64,000 nucleotides of DNA from Octopus vulgaris. Taxonomy: Eukaryota. The translations under genes were made by a program, and so were the position numbers. Location of the stretch: the NCBI GenBank assembly GCA_951406725.2, contig OX597816.1, forward strand, positions 119,784,001 through 119,848,000, read 5' to 3'. Positions 1-13,879 of this stretch are shown one piece after another; the stretch's first letter is position 1, and each line of letters starts with the position of its first letter. The notes beneath the pieces are model-generated. The model was not told where the DNA came from, made no database searches, and saw nothing but the letters and a program-made list of their open reading frames with translations.

Positions 1-230
1 ATATAGTACATATTATATATGCATATACATACATATATATACATACATACATGCATACATACATGCATGCATATATACATGCTTGCATGCATATATACAT
101 GATTGCATATGTATATCTATGTATGCTTGTATGCACGTATGTATTTATCTATTTATAAAACAATATTGGCTTCAACAAACGGTTTCAGATCAAAATTCTA
201 GATAACAAATTCAAAATCAGACAACCGTTG

Positions 231-273
<43 letters not shown>

Positions 274-1427
274 GCACACACACACGAATGATTGGACAAA
301 CAAAAGAAAGTGGCACTCGACACACATTTGGTTGGAGTTACATATACTTTTATTAACCCTTTGACTCAGCCCCTTTTGACTTAAGGTTTCGTGTACATAT
401 GTGTGCGTGTAAGTCGATGGATTCTCCACCGGTCGCAGCGACGAACATTCAGTTATTCAACTAACTGAATTCGTACTCGTAGAATTAACGTACTTATCGT
501 TGAATATTGCACAGACAAGTGAACCCTCAACATAACTTTCAGGCCGTCGATTCGACACAATAAGGGATGGGTCTACCTTTGAATTACAGGGACAAATCAA
601 ATAGAGGCAGAGAGAACAAGAAAGTGGGGAGAAATCAAACCTAGTATAGATTGCTACGAAGTTTGATAACACTGCCACAACATGGCGAAGATGTGTCCGT
701 TGTCCGCATGAAACTGATGAACAGCCGGCATATGCCTTGACAGATTCTACTACTCTGAGATCATGCCGAAGAAAGTACTTTAACTTTCCCTAGTAATTTT
801 CAGCTAAAATGCTATGGTGAAGATATTGCCAGATGACGAAACTGGTAGGGGAGTAATTATCACCACTAATTTCAATCCCAACGGCTGCAGAAGAGTTGAT
901 CATTGATAGAGATACTGGCTAAAAAAGTGCAACTCCAAATACACTGGATCAGTGGAAATCCGTTGCAGTTTCGTCTCTTGATTCTGCGTTTCATATACCA
1001 AACCTACCGCAGAAGATGATCCCGAGATTGTAGTGTGTGGGCCACTCCTTGGAAAGTTTCTATACCATCGGTATTTCTTTTTGTTGATCTTTTCTAAAAG
1101 TTTTGCGATGATGGGATAAAGATAACGGATGTACATTTGGCATGGACCTGCACTTCGGTGACAGATATTGCCAGAATTTTTAACGCATCGGACAAAATTT
1201 CGTGCAGTATTTCTTCTGAATTTTTGTGTTCTGCTTTCATATATTGCTAGAATCAACTTTACCTTTCGTCCATTCGAGATCGATAAATAAAATCCCGGTC
1301 CAGAAAAGAAAAATTGGAGGGATGATCAAAGCGTTTGGCAAAATGTCTGCGCTATTTGTTCTAGCTCTTTAGTTTATGAATTCTGTTGTTTTATACGATT
1401 ATACGAACACACACGCGCGCGCATATG

Positions 1428-1552
1428 TACGTACGTACATACTTACATACATAAATACATACATACATACATACATACATACATACATACATACATACAT
1501 ACATACATACATACATACATACATACATACATACGTACGTACGTACGTACAC
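1428..1552. repeat. (TACA)n microsatellite
   Basis: Direct reading. Confidence 0.95.
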
Positions 1553-1659
1553 ACATGCAAAACTGTATGATGATTCTTCACAAGCCCTTGGGGGAAGGTT
1601 AATTACTTTAAAACACGAATTCAGGGCTCTGAGCGAAAATCTTCGCAGCTGCAAACGAA

Positions 1660-2340
1660 TTTTTTAACTAGTTTGTATAAGTCACAAGTTTGCTTCTAAC
1701 TCACAGACAGTATATAGAAATGTGAGAAAGGAAAAGATTAACGTTAAGGAAGCCTCCTCTCAAGAAGATCTTGAATCATTCTGATTGGAAATCTGGGACG
1801 AAAAGAGGAATCTCAACTTCAATGCATTGTGGCTAAATACAGTAAAGAGAGAATACTGGACCAACATCAGCAGTTAAACATATGCAATTGACCCGCAAAT
1901 TTTCACCTTAGCTATAGGCAGACTGCATAATGGAAAGGTACTTGGAAGGGACCTAATAGTTGGATACTGGTATAAGAGGCTGACATTTTACAGGAAACCA
2001 CTAATAAGTATATTCAAAAGTAATATGGAAAATCAGATTGACATACCAAATTGGCTTGTACCAGTGAATTTTGTGGCCAAAAATGAAACCACCGAGTTAC
2101 CTGAAAACTGCAGGCCCATTGCTTGTCTAAACATTATGTACAAACTGTACACAAGCTGCCTCAACCAATTCCTCGAGGATCATTGTAAGTCCAACAACAT
2201 AGTGACTGATGTGCAGACAGGTTGAAAGAAGTGGCCGTGGGGACGTGACGAACAACTTCTGATAAACAAAGCTGTACTGTCTGAGATGAAAAAATTTTTT
2301 TTAAACCATCGTAGGAAGGCATTTGATTCTATTCCCCACT
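1660..2340 (+). mobile_element. Decayed R4/Dong-like non-LTR retrotransposon RT fragment
   Basis: GKVLGRDLIVGYWYKRL...ENCRPIACLNIMYKLYTSCLNQFLEDHC...QTG*KKWPWGRDEQLLINKAV, with stops. Confidence 0.75.
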
Positions 2341-2413
2341 AGGTTCTTGTTTCCTTGAACTAAGAAGGAAATTTCAATTTGTCGAGATTTTTTGTAGGCA
2401 TCATTCTCTTTAA

Positions 2414-2445
2414 CTCTCTCTCACCCTCTCTCCCTCTCTCTCTCA

Positions 2446-2476
<31 letters not shown>

Positions 2477-2493
2477 ACACACACACACACACA
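2414..2493. repeat. (CT)n(CA)n microsatellite
   Basis: Direct reading. Confidence 0.95.
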
Positions 2494-2808
2494 CCTCAAC
2501 TTCTGTTGGTCTAGTACTTATTTTATCGAACCCGGGAGGCGAACCTCGACTCAAAACTTAATGAGGTATTGCAAAATGCATAAAGGCATTTTGTCTGTAA
2601 CTCTACTAATCCAATTACGCGCCATCCTATTATATATTAACCTAATAATATAATCCATTCTAGAGGGTAATGTTTCTGTTAATGGTGTTAAACGAGACTA
2701 AGTTACTTCTGTTCCACTCTAGGATATTTCCCTGATGAAGAATACGCAAGTATGGAAAATGACATTGAAGTTATATACAGATGAAACCCGCGATTTTCGT
2801 AGTAAGTA

Positions 2809-3319
2809 CTGTAAATCTTCGAGTATAATCTGCCCTTGAGTATAATACGCAGGAGATTTTTAGGGGGCTGTACCTCTGAAAAACCTAAACCTTGTGTATA
2901 ATACGCACTCTAACTTGAGTCGTGCGTAATTAAGCCAGCAGCACCTAGTCGAACAAACACTTCCGCGCATATGTAATACAATAATGGTGATGTTCTCAAC
3001 TGTTATATGGGAATGTAAAAATGTTTGCAAATTGTTTTTGTTACATGTTATTCTGTGTTCTGAATACTTTTATTTTAATAAATGTTGCATACTGCAAGTT
3101 ATGGATGATTCTTTTATGACTTCATTGCTTTCAGGCTTAAGGTATTTTCGCGCCCAACATCACAAAATGCGTCTGAATAAACATTGCCGGACAGCAAATA
3201 GAGACTCGGACATTGCTTAGAAAATATTTTTCATTTTTAACCTTGTATACAGTACGCGCTAGGGATTTTGACCTTTAAATTTTTGGGGGGAAATGCGGAT
3301 TATACTCGAGGATTTACGG
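2809..3319. mobile_element. Tc1/mariner/pogo-type MITE
   Basis: TIRs CTGTAAATCTTCGAGTATAATC / GATTATACTCGAGGATTTACGG, flanked by TA. Confidence 0.8.
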
Positions 3320-4220
3320 TATATGAAATAGCCGACAAACTGAGAAAGAAAATTATTTTTCACTGATAAAGTAACTTTTGATGAATAAAAGCAATGATTT
3401 CTTTCGTTTTTATTTTATTTTTTTCTTGGTAGAGGTACACGGTTTTTGCACTAAAATCCGAATTGCGTTTTTTTTTTTTTGTTTTTTTAATTCCAGAAAC
3501 TGAAAGAACATTGCATAAGATAGTAATACTGAATCCGATGGATGCAAAGAATTTAACCGCAGAATCACTCTGTTGAATATCTCTAGAAAGTAATTACTCT
3601 GAGCCAGAACGGCAATATTAATGAAATTTTTCCACGGGCATTACACGAACTTTCGTATTCAGCTGTTTATTAAATACATAAGCAAATAAGAAAAACTAAT
3701 ATTCTTTCACTTTCATTTCATTAACGGATTTTATCGACGACCGCAAAACGGTACCATAAAATGACTGCTGGTATTTTAACACCTATTGCTTACAGATTTT
3801 TTCTCAATGGCAAACTGCAGTAAGTACGGCCATTTTACAAGTTAAATATGTCCCTAACATATTTCAGCTGATCTACGTGCTTGTTTACTCAAAACACTGC
3901 TTTCACGAGCCTAATACAACATATCACATAACTAAACGGAAGACCAACATGAAATCCAAAGTTTAGTGAGAGAAATATGTAGCTAGGTATTGTTATTGTT
4001 AAGCCTCAGACCAGCCTTGATCGTACAGACTTATTAACAAAAGAATTGTAGATATGACGATCGCGTCTTTTTTCAAGGAGATTATATCAAGGACAAATTA
4101 CATCATTATCTAAATACGTTCTTCCGTTTTTTTTTTTCAGACAGTAGGGCGTCGTGATATGAAAGGAATTTCGTTACTATTTCTAAATGGTTGAATTATT
4201 ACATAAACAACTGTGTAGAC

Positions 4221-4548
4221 CAGTGGTTCTCAACTGGGGTCTATGTGACCCTTGAGGGTCCATATAAGATTTTGTGGGGGTCTACGCAACAAAATAGTAA
4301 ATTGGGGACCCACAATAGTATTTGAAGAGCCCCTTAAAAAATTTTGTTTTAGATATATGTAGCTAGGTTTCTTTCCCTAACATTTTACACAGTTCAACTT
4401 ACACAAGTTAATGTGTGAAAAACGATAAAAAGAATTTTGAAAGAAGTTTCTATAAAATTAGCTTTTAGACATCGAATGGATATGAGGGTCCACCAGAATA
4501 AGATAGTTAACAAAGGGTCCACCGGCAAAAAATGGTTGAGAATCCCTG
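4221..4548. mobile_element. hAT (Charlie-like) MITE
   Basis: Ends CAGTGGTTCTCAAC / GTTGAGAATCCCTG; 8-bp TSD GTGTAGAC / GCGTAGAC. Confidence 0.85.
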
Positions 4549-4607
4549 GCGTAGACTAGTTGTCAGTGAGTTTATTAGGTACCCATAATGAGAACGATAG
4601 CTTACAA

Positions 4608-5411
4608 TAGCGGTTCTCAACCTCTTTTCCACTACGAACGGGTTTCATGCAAGGCAATTTTTTTTCCATAGACAGGCAGACGACAAAACACGATAAAGTG
4701 CATAATATATAATTCAATTATTACATATATAATGGAGGCGCAATGGCCCAGTGGTTAAGGCAGCGGTCGGAGGATCGCGGTTTCGATTCCCAGACCGTGT
4801 GTGTGTGTTTATTGAGCGAAAACACCTAAAGCTCCACGAGGCTCCGGCAGGGGGTGGTGGCGACCCCTGTTGTACTCTTTCGCCCCAACTTTCTCTCACG
4901 CTTTCTTCCCGTTTCTTGATTAACGCTACGATGAACTCGCGTCCCGTCCAGCTGGGAGGAACACATACGCCATAGAAACCGGGAAATCGGGCTCAATCCA
5001 TTCGATGAACGGAACAGCCTGCTCATGAAATTAACGTGCAAGTGGCTGAGCACTTCACAAACACGCGTACTCTTAACGATTCGGAGATTCGGAGTGACAC
5101 AAATTGTCAAAGCCGACCCTTTGAATTACAAGTACTTTTTTGGTAGCTGAGTGGACTGGAGCAACGTGAAGGGGAGTGTCTTGCAGAAGGATAAAAATCG
5201 TCACCGAGAATCCAACTCTCGACCTTAAAATCGTGAGCCAAATACTCTGACCAGTAAGCCACGCGCCTTGATAATACACACATATTACATAAAAAATAGA
5301 TACGTAATGCAAAAACAGCCTTCAGGCTGCAATAGTCAATAATGTAGAAATAAAATTTTAAATGGTCCATGTTCTGGTACTGGTCCGCGGCCCAGTGGTA
5401 GGGGACCCCTG
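4608..5411. mobile_element. hAT MITE with two nested SINEs (~4733-4995 +, ~4996-5268 -)
   Basis: Ends TAGCGGTTCTCAACC / GGTAGGGGACCCCTG; degenerate 8-bp TSD GCTTACAA / GTTTACAG; tRNA-like SINE heads inside. Confidence 0.7.
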
Positions 5412-5469
5412 GTTTACAGGACACATAGAAACGGGAAGAAGAGTCTACTTCGCCCTCTTAATATCTTTT

Positions 5470-5646
5470 ATCTTTTACTTGTGTCAATCATTAGACTTCG
5501 GCCACGCTGGGGCACTGCCGTGAAAGGTTTTTAGTTGAACAAATCGATCCAAGGACTTATTTATTCTATCGGTCTCTTTTGCCGAACCGCCGCTAAGTTC
5601 TCAATTGGTGAGTGAGACAAACACAGACACAAAGACACATGCAATA

Positions 5647-5689
<43 letters not shown>

Positions 5690-5845
5690 CGGGCTTCTTT
5701 CAGTTTCCATCTACTAAATCTACTCACAAGGCTTTGGTCGGCCTGAGGCTATAGTAGAAGACACTTGTCCAAAGTGTCACACAATGGGAGCGAACCCGGA
5801 AGCATGTAGTTGGTAAGCAAGCTTCTTACCACACAGCTACGCCAG
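5470..5845 (-). mobile_element. tRNA-derived SINE, local family B
   Basis: Shared blocks GGGCTTCTTTCAGTTTCC / CACAAGGCTTTGGTCGG / GAAGACACTTG with many copies in the window. Confidence 0.85.
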
Positions 5846-6384
5846 AAGGATTGTTTTTCTAAATCTCTTCGACATAATGATAAACCTATACACAACATAC
5901 AGAATGCTACATATTAAATCGGGGTTGGGTAGAATGTAGGTTAGTATGATGAACGTGGGCGTGATTGCGGTCAAAGGTGACAATGAAAAGATCATTATTG
6001 TAAACAACATAAGACGTAGGTGGAAGGAATGATTTTAAATAACATAGTTGGAGCTTTAATGTTGGTAAATGATTTAGTGCGTAGTTATGGTTACTATTAG
6101 TAGGTAACAGGTAGAATAGAAATATTTAAGTGGGCAAAATTCGAAGCTTATCAATTCAAACGTCAACAGTTCGTTTTTAGAAAGTAGTAATGTGATCTGT
6201 TCTGGAAAAATAAGCTAATATTGGCTTCAGTCCTTTTAGTTCCGTCCCAGGGGTTGCTTGCACCCCCTCGTACAACCTGGATTTCAGAACTCTTACAAGT
6301 ACGCGTGTGTGTGTGTGTGTGTGCACGCACAAACATAAGAAACATTCAGCACATTTAGTAGTAGTTAAATACATTTTAAATAAC

Positions 6385-7010
6385 ATTTTGACCCGGCTCC
6401 GCATGATTTAAAGTTTCGTAAGGCCCATTATACACACACACACACACACAAACATATATATACGAGCAAAACGCCCCTCGTCCAATGGACGGTGCTGAGT
6501 TGTCAAACATTTAAACCAAATTTTTTTCAAAATAACTTGTCCGACCGTCCCATAGGCCTCCTCCTTTGAGAAACACTGATTTAACCTAAATTTGAGACAC
6601 CAGCAAAAGAAGAAATAAAGATAGACATTTTTTCTATTCCAAAGATAAACGATTTTATTCACACAAATATGCAACCGAAGTGTTTAAAGTACCAGTAATG
6701 ATAAGGCTGTTGACTGGGAGAAAACAAACATGGTTTAAACAGTAAGCTTGGCAAGAAAGAAACGTGCCTTTAAGCAGTACAAAAACAACAAAAAATGGAA
6801 AGTGCAGTTATTTACAGGTTGACGGAATAAAAGCAGGACAAAATCGGCTTTATCGATCGCATTCTCACCTGGAATCGATGTTTGAAATTTTTTCAAGACT
6901 TATACACGCCCTGATACCGTCGGTATCTACATATCAAATTTGAACGCAATCGGCTGGATTCCTAGAAGATACACACAGAGACAGACAGAACATATTTTAT
7001 ATAATAGATA
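6385..7010 (+). mobile_element. Helitron-like non-autonomous element remnant
   Basis: GACCCGGC near the 5' end; 3' end CAAATTTGAACGCAATCGG...ACAGACAG...TTTATATAATAGAT, typical of Helitron-like repeats. Confidence 0.4.
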
Positions 7011-7026
7011 TGTACATATGTATATG

Positions 7027-7058
<32 letters not shown>

Positions 7059-7136
7059 TGTATGTATGTATGTATGTATGTATGTATGTATGTATGTATG
7101 TATGTATGTATGTATGTATGTATGTATGTATGTATG
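7009..7136. repeat. (TATG)n microsatellite
   Basis: Direct reading. Confidence 0.95.
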
Positions 7137-7582
7137 AATTTGTGTAGGAATAAAGTGTTTATTACAGTTTATTAAATATAGGAATAAACCGTTTATTTTA
7201 TCATTTTCATTTTTCTCTTTTATTTCAAAGACACCTCCTCAAACGCAAGACGTGTTGCCCCAAGCATGTGACACCCCAAGCAACTGTCCAAGTTGTCGGT
7301 CGGTACCTTCAGCTAGCTCCGTGTAAATTTGAAGTCGATCCCAGAATTACGAGGAAAAATATAGAAAGTGGAACATTGCTTCTGATGTACTACAATTCTA
7401 CTAATGCGGGATAATGCCTTTTTGTATTTAGTCATATCAGTTTATTTTGTGACTTCAGATCACTACTGTATCAATGTTAACCTTCATCCTTCCGAGTTCG
7501 AAGTGGTTTGAAAACCACTGGTGTAGTGTACCCAATCGTCTATCAGTATTAGAACTACTAGTCCAGGGCGACCACACGTAAA

Positions 7583-7785
7583 TGGCGAGCTGGCAGAATC
7601 GTTAGCACGCCGGGCGAAATGCTTAGCGCCGCTATGTTCTGAGTTCAAATTCCGCCTATTTTGACTTTGATTTCATCCTTTCGGGGTCGATAAATTAAGT
7701 ACTAGTTAAGTACTGGGGTCGATGTAATTGACTTTCTCCTTCCCAAAAAAATTCCAGGCCTTGTGCCTATAGCAGAAAAGATTAT
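7583..7785 (+). mobile_element. tRNA-derived SINE, local family D
   Basis: GGCGAGCTGGCAGAATCGTTAGCA head, GAGTTCAAATTCC B-box, TTTCATCCTTTCGGGGTCGATAAATTAAGTAC core. Confidence 0.85.
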
Positions 7786-9210
7786 TTGGCGGGCCACTAC
7801 TAAAAACATTCAAAGTAATTTTCTTTAGGCGTGCCATTCAGAAAGTCCTGTGGGTGAGTTTGCCCATGACTGGTCTATTACGATCCACATCGCCAAGAAA
7901 GCGTTCACACTATACGTTCTGGTTTCAGTTCCCACAGTGGTCAACTTTGCCTTTCATCTTCCCGGGGGTGGGGGTCAATAAAATAAAGTATCAGTTGATT
8001 GGTTCGATGATATCGACTAAGACTAGATTCTCGCCCCTGGAAACTACTAGACTCGTGTTTAAATCAGAAATCCTTATATACCGGTTGCTTCGAAGTTTAT
8101 TATATTACAGATACTCAGTAAATAATGTAAACTGATCCCTCCGTCGGGTTCAACGATGAGAAGTATTTCAGTTGTTTGATTAAAAGAACAACCTATTCGT
8201 TGCGTCAGTGTGAATATGTCTGAGTATTCTGCTGACATTTGTATTCTTAATGTTATCCCCAAGCTGAATCAGCATAATATAATGTGTGACAAAAATTACC
8301 TTTCGTCCAGCCGACAAACTTCTATACTGTTTAAAACTATCCAGTTTCACTCGCAATCCCTGAGTTGATCCGGGGCTGCGGTAAACAATATATATTTTTA
8401 AAAACTATCAAAAGGACGGATGAATCTAGTGTGGGTTCAACGACTGCCTCGCAATAAGACGGGCCCTCAGAAATTCCAGGTTGATGTTCGGCGTGCTGTT
8501 AGACCACTGGGAGTGATGCACTCCTTACCTTTTGTTAAAGTAGGTCTCTATAGCCCACTTCAAACACCAGGATACGTCTGCTCCGATAATCGGGTGACTT
8601 GGTCGGCGAATCTTCTGCGACGGTCGACTATCGACAAGATGAGCTGCTACAGATCTTACAACTCTAAAGTATATATGCATGTGACTGGCGACCACACGTA
8701 AACTTGTATTCCCATTGAAACTCTGAACATGAACTCAACACCTCGACAGCCAATGATGACAACGGCTATGACGTCCGCGCTATCCGACGCGCTTGCTCTT
8801 CCAGTAGGGCATTTTTCCATCGGATGTCGTCAGTATTCATGAAGAACGTAGTTAACTCGTTAGTCGGAGCCGGCTTAACTCACCTTGGGTGAATGCCGGC
8901 GCAAGTACAAGTACAAAAACGACATATATCCAAGGTACCTTTCAGTGGAGTTGAACCAAACACACTATAACTCCGAAGCGATCGTCTTAGCCATGAACTA
9001 GGCTTGTGTCTCAGGTAACTAATGTGCGAGTTATTTCTCATAATTTATACAACGCGGGATAAGTATTAGACTACCCACAGTTATTAGAATAACAAATATA
9101 ATATTTCTTCCAAAGTCGAGTTATAATAGTATTGTCGTTGTAGAAGTCCCTGTCTAGGGATGAATCACAAATGCGAGAGTTGATATCTCGTCTTTGTTAT
9201 CCAACTCTGT

Positions 9211-9603
9211 AAAGGCGCGTGGCAAAGTGGTTAGGTTATGCGGCTCAAGATCGTGAGTTCGATATCTGGAGACACGTTGTGTCCTTGAGCAAGGCACTTT
9301 ATTTCATGTTGCTCCAGTCCACTTAGCTGGCAAAAAATAAGTAGTACCTGTAATTCAAAGAGCCAACCTTGTCACATTCTGTGTCATTCTGTATCTCCTC
9401 TTAAGAGTACACGTGTCTGTGGAGTGCTCAGTCACTTGCGCATTAATTTCAAGAGCAAGCTGTTCCACTGATCGAACCTAGAACTACGTTAAGGGTACGC
9501 GTGTTTGTGGAGTGTTTAGCTACTTGCGCGTTAATTTCACAAGCAGGCTGTTCCGTTCATTGGATCAACTGGAACATTCGTAGTCGTAACTGATGGAGTG
9601 CTG
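9211..9603 (+). mobile_element. tRNA-derived SINE, local family A2, with an internal tandem duplication
   Basis: A/B-box head; same family as 4996-5268; degenerate TSD GTTATCCAACTCT / GTTATTCAACACT. Confidence 0.75.
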
Positions 9604-10984
9604 GTTATTCAACACTTCGGTATCAGTTATGTAAGAGAAGACCTAATTCAAGTAATTACAAAACAAGTGGAAGAAGGGGTGGAACACTGAAAATGACAAG
9701 TGATTTGATGTCCAACAATAATGAGACCGTATTTTTCTAAATCCAGTAAGGCTTTCTAACTCATGTATGGTACTTAGGATGTTTTGCGAGAAATAAAATG
9801 AGAGGTCGTTACCATGAGGACTTTCCCAAGAACTTTATAAATAATGTAAATCATGTAAAACAGCTCCAAACAGAAATCGATTAAGGGTGACAAACACATT
9901 AATTATAGAAACTGAAAGCGTATTTTCGACCATTTGTCTACTTCGCAGATTTTTAATTGTAAAGGTGGAAAGAGAGAAAAATTTAGAAAAAATATCGCCG
10001 ACACTCTGCACGAATTACATACACAGACTAGAGACACTAGAACCATTCCTGCCAAATTATTGGCTCACAAATGACTGGAAATGAAATGGGTGCTGCTGTG
10101 TCTATGAACATAAAGCCAGAATAAATTACGCTAAACATTTTGTCCGGTGCAATAACAATTCTGCCAGCTCGTCGTCTTAGCTTCATCTCACGTTGCTCTG
10201 CGATCACTTCGACACCTGACGCGTGGCACACAGTGTACCTCTTCAGACAACGTCTATTTGATGGAGCGAATGAACTAATGTGCGGCACGAACATCTATTT
10301 GCCATAAACAAATTAATCGTACAGGTTGTTCGGCAAAAAGCTGAATGCTCATACGTTGTCTTCGACGGGAGAGCCCATCGTTCATTTTGTACATCATGTA
10401 TAAGTGCCTTTGTATTTATTATCATTTCATTTATTTTACTGAATTTTAGAAAAATTGAAGCATATCTTTGACAATTCCTGAACGTATTAAACTTGAATTT
10501 TTGTGTGAATTTTTGCTCACCCTATTTAATAACACATACATATTACAAATACATATTTTGTCCTGATAAATACTTCATTGTTATTTGCACTTACGTCTTC
10601 AATGAGGATATAATGATATATGTTTCCGAACGCCAGCAGTTTCCGAACGCCAGCAGTTTGTCTGTATGATAGAGTTCTTTTAAAACCTCGAGCAGTGTAA
10701 GACTCACAATAAATTCTACTAGTATGTTTACTTTTTTTTTTCTATTATATTCACTAGATAGTGCGCACATATACTTTCATTTCTGCTATCCGAACGTCTC
10801 GACATTGTGGACGATATATAAGAAACACTCTTCTAGAAAGTTCACATGACCAACATTTAATCGAAAAAGTTACCTTTCTTTCGGAATGTTCTCGCGATAA
10901 TTTTTTCCATAAAAAGAAATTGTTAGATTTACAAACCATCTTGCGTTGTTCCAATATTCCAATATTCTAGTATTCCTTAAAATA

Positions 10985-11360
10985 AATTTCAAATTTTGGC
11001 ACAAGGCCAACAATTTCGAGGAATGAGGTAAGTCGATTACATCGACCCCAGTGCTCAACTGGTACTTATTTTATTGACCCTCAAAAAATGAAAGGCAAAG
11101 TCGACCGCGGCGGAATTTGACCTCAGAACATAAAGACGAACAAAATGCCGGTGAGCATTTTTTCCGGTATACTAACGATTCTGCCAGCTTGCCTTTAAAT
11201 ATTGGTTTCAATTTTTGGCACAATGCCCGTAAGCTCGAGGGATGGGGTAAGTCGATAACATTGACCTTTCTCAACTGGTACTTATTTTATTGACCCCGGA
11301 TGCTCAACTTATACTTATTTTTATCGACTCCGGATGAGTGAAAGGCAAAGTCGACCTCCT
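10985..11360 (-). mobile_element. Cluster of family D SINE copies
   Basis: Repeated CTGGTACTTATTTTATTGACCC and AAAGGCAAAGTCGACC blocks; further copies at ~12160-12285 and ~14490-14700. Confidence 0.8.
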
Positions 11361-12286
11361 GATTCATTTCTATTATTGCTTAATGACAAAAGAAGTTGAC
11401 TGAAATACGATGTAAGATTTTATTGGTGCTGAAAGTCATTAGCGAAGATTAAAAGAGATTAAAACTGACTACGATGAATCTCACTTTCAAAGTTCTTCAT
11501 TTATCGATCCAAAGGTTCTTTTGCCTCCCATGAGTCATTTGAAAACTCTGATGAAACTGTGCATTCTTAAAGAGAAACGGGTTTTACTTCTGATGACGAA
11601 GTAGAGGCGTGTCTTGAGTATTTTGAACTTGGTGGAACCCAACCCATTCCAGCTTTGATGCAGTTGATTTCTTCGAGAGAGAAAGAGAGAGAGATATATA
11701 TAAGATCCCAGTACTTGACTCATACTTTATTTATGGACCCCAAAGGGACAAAATACACTGTTAACATCGGTGGGATTAGAACTCAGGGAGCCAGACCGAA
11801 TTTTACAAAACATTCTAGTCAACGCTGTAACAACTCTGCCAACTTGATTTCTTCGCGTAAAAGATTATTTCAGCATTCCAAACACCAACAACAACACTTT
11901 CAGCCAACAACAGTAATCGCAAACACCAACAACTGTGCTAACGAGTAATTCTCTGCCAGGCCTCTCGGTCTGCTAGAAATAGCAATCGAACATCACTGAA
12001 ATCACATGAAAACACAATAACTTTAGTTACTCCTACTATGTCTTGCCTTCCAGACTGCACTAGACATTTTACCAATTTTTATTCCCAGAACTACAGTCTC
12101 CCGGATCTCCCTTTCTGAGTACATTTCCCCTAAAAGTGTAAAACTGTAGCAGTTGAAATATTGATTTCAAATTTTGGCCCAATGCCAGTAATTTCGAGAG
12201 ACGAGCAAAGTCGATTACATCGACCCCAGTGTTCAGTTGGTACTTAATTTAGCGACCCCAAAAATATGAAAGGCAAAGTCACCGCA

Positions 12287-12298
12287 ATAATAATAACA

Positions 12299-12373
<75 letters not shown>
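12287..12373. repeat. (AAT)n microsatellite
   Basis: Direct reading. Confidence 0.95.
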
Positions 12374-12374
<1 letters not shown>

Positions 12375-13879
12375 TGCAAGGTAAAAATTAGAGCACAGAA
12401 ATTGCTTTTGAGCTCAAATCACGCTAGATTTGGCAATAATTGTTATCCCTTCAGGGGTCGATAAGATAAGAACTATTAAATATCCCGTTGATTTTACCTC
12501 GATCTCCTACAAATATTAGACGTGTTCTAAACTAAAAAAGAAATCAAAATTTTTATATGACGTTCTATAAATAAATAAATAAAAAAAAATGTAGTTTCAA
12601 CTTCATAATATTTTAAATCTTTTTTTTTTTTTTTTTTGTTTAAATATTTTTCTAATTTGTAACAAGAACCCTAGAGACACATTGTTTCGAAAAACATTGA
12701 TTTAACAAATGATATTTAAATGCCATTTCCATGATTCACTAAAATATTGATTTTAATCCGGGCATTGTCATTAGTATCGCTACATATTTTGCTGGAAATG
12801 CTAGTCAAACGGTATTCAGTAGCCGTTCAGATCGGACGATAAAGTTAACAACTATAATATAAGGGAAGTAACTCGGGTTGAACAGTCAATGTTCTCCATA
12901 CTCTATACGTGGTGACTTCATAGTTTTAGTGGTCGGCAAAGCTTACAATTGTCGATTTTCTACAGATTAAAAAGACATTTTGCATTTAAGGTTCTTTCAA
13001 CATAGGTCAAATCTATTCTTGATAGACTTTATTTTTGTTTCTATTGCGAAAGTGTTCTGTCTAGTCAGCTTGTTGCATTGTTTCATAAACAATTTCTATA
13101 ATATGCCACTTGTTGGTTGACTGAACTCCAACATACTGTCTTTTTTAAAGGTCTTATTTTTATTATTATTATCATACAGGCATATTTCGTTTCTCCTGTC
13201 CTTTGTCTGTGCAGATAAATTGAATGCCTATGGCTAGTCCATTAATGTTGTAATTAATTCAATTACTTTGCAAATATTTTTTTGTAAGAATCCAATCCTT
13301 GATTAAGATTGCTTCCCAAAGAATACTATATCATTCGAGTTCTTGGAGAGAAAATTAGGCAGTTTTTTTTATCGCTTCCCACAAAAAATTATATTTATTG
13401 TTCTAGGAACTGTGTTAGATTTCTTGATTACAATTTCGATATGTTTATAGGAACAAAAATCCTTATCATAAACAACATCGTATCTTGTTCTTTTTCATCT
13501 ATCTCAACCATACGATATTTCATTTAATAGAAACATTCAGATACCTTTGTCTTCATTATCTGTCAATTACGATAAGATAATCGTATAGGCTTATATATGT
13601 GCATTGGTACTAACTTCTGATAAACAAGTAAATATATGTCTATTTATCTCATTCATCAGTCTACCTCTCTCCTCATTTATTTATCACATATGTATATCTG
13701 CTTAGCTATTGTTTATCTATCAATCTATCTATCTATTTATTCATTTATTGTTATGCCTTTCTACTTATCTTTATAGGGCTTACTGAAAATCTCTCGAAAA
13801 CAGATTCTCTCAACATAAGCACACACTCAGTCACTCAAAAAGACACCACACTACCCAAATATATGTAAGATGATAAAAT

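Noticed and set aside
900-1256. 118-aa minus-strand ORF
   Set aside because: No recognisable domain or splice chain; looks like decayed repeat sequence.
1376-1654. ORFs with YIHT/MYVC repeats (also 6940-7137, 2360-2561, 24544-24968, 30953-31227)
   Set aside because: Translations of microsatellites, which lack stops by construction.
2720-2790. CCTGATGAAG...GAAAC as a hammerhead
   Set aside because: No supporting stems I-III.
4733-4800. tRNA-like A/B boxes at many SINE heads
   Set aside because: No complete cloverleaf; each continues into a SINE body.
8420-8916. GC-richer 93-aa ORF region ending in CAAGTACAAGTACAA
   Set aside because: Probably a retroelement 3' end with a short tandem tail; cannot be classified or supported as coding.
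10622-10658. 17-bp tandem duplication GTTTCCGAACGCCAGCA
   Set aside because: Simple slippage duplication with no further structure.
10754-10970. Exon-like ORFs on both strands with a possible acceptor or donor
   Set aside because: No homology and no partner exons; a third gene in 1-17 kb is not supportable.
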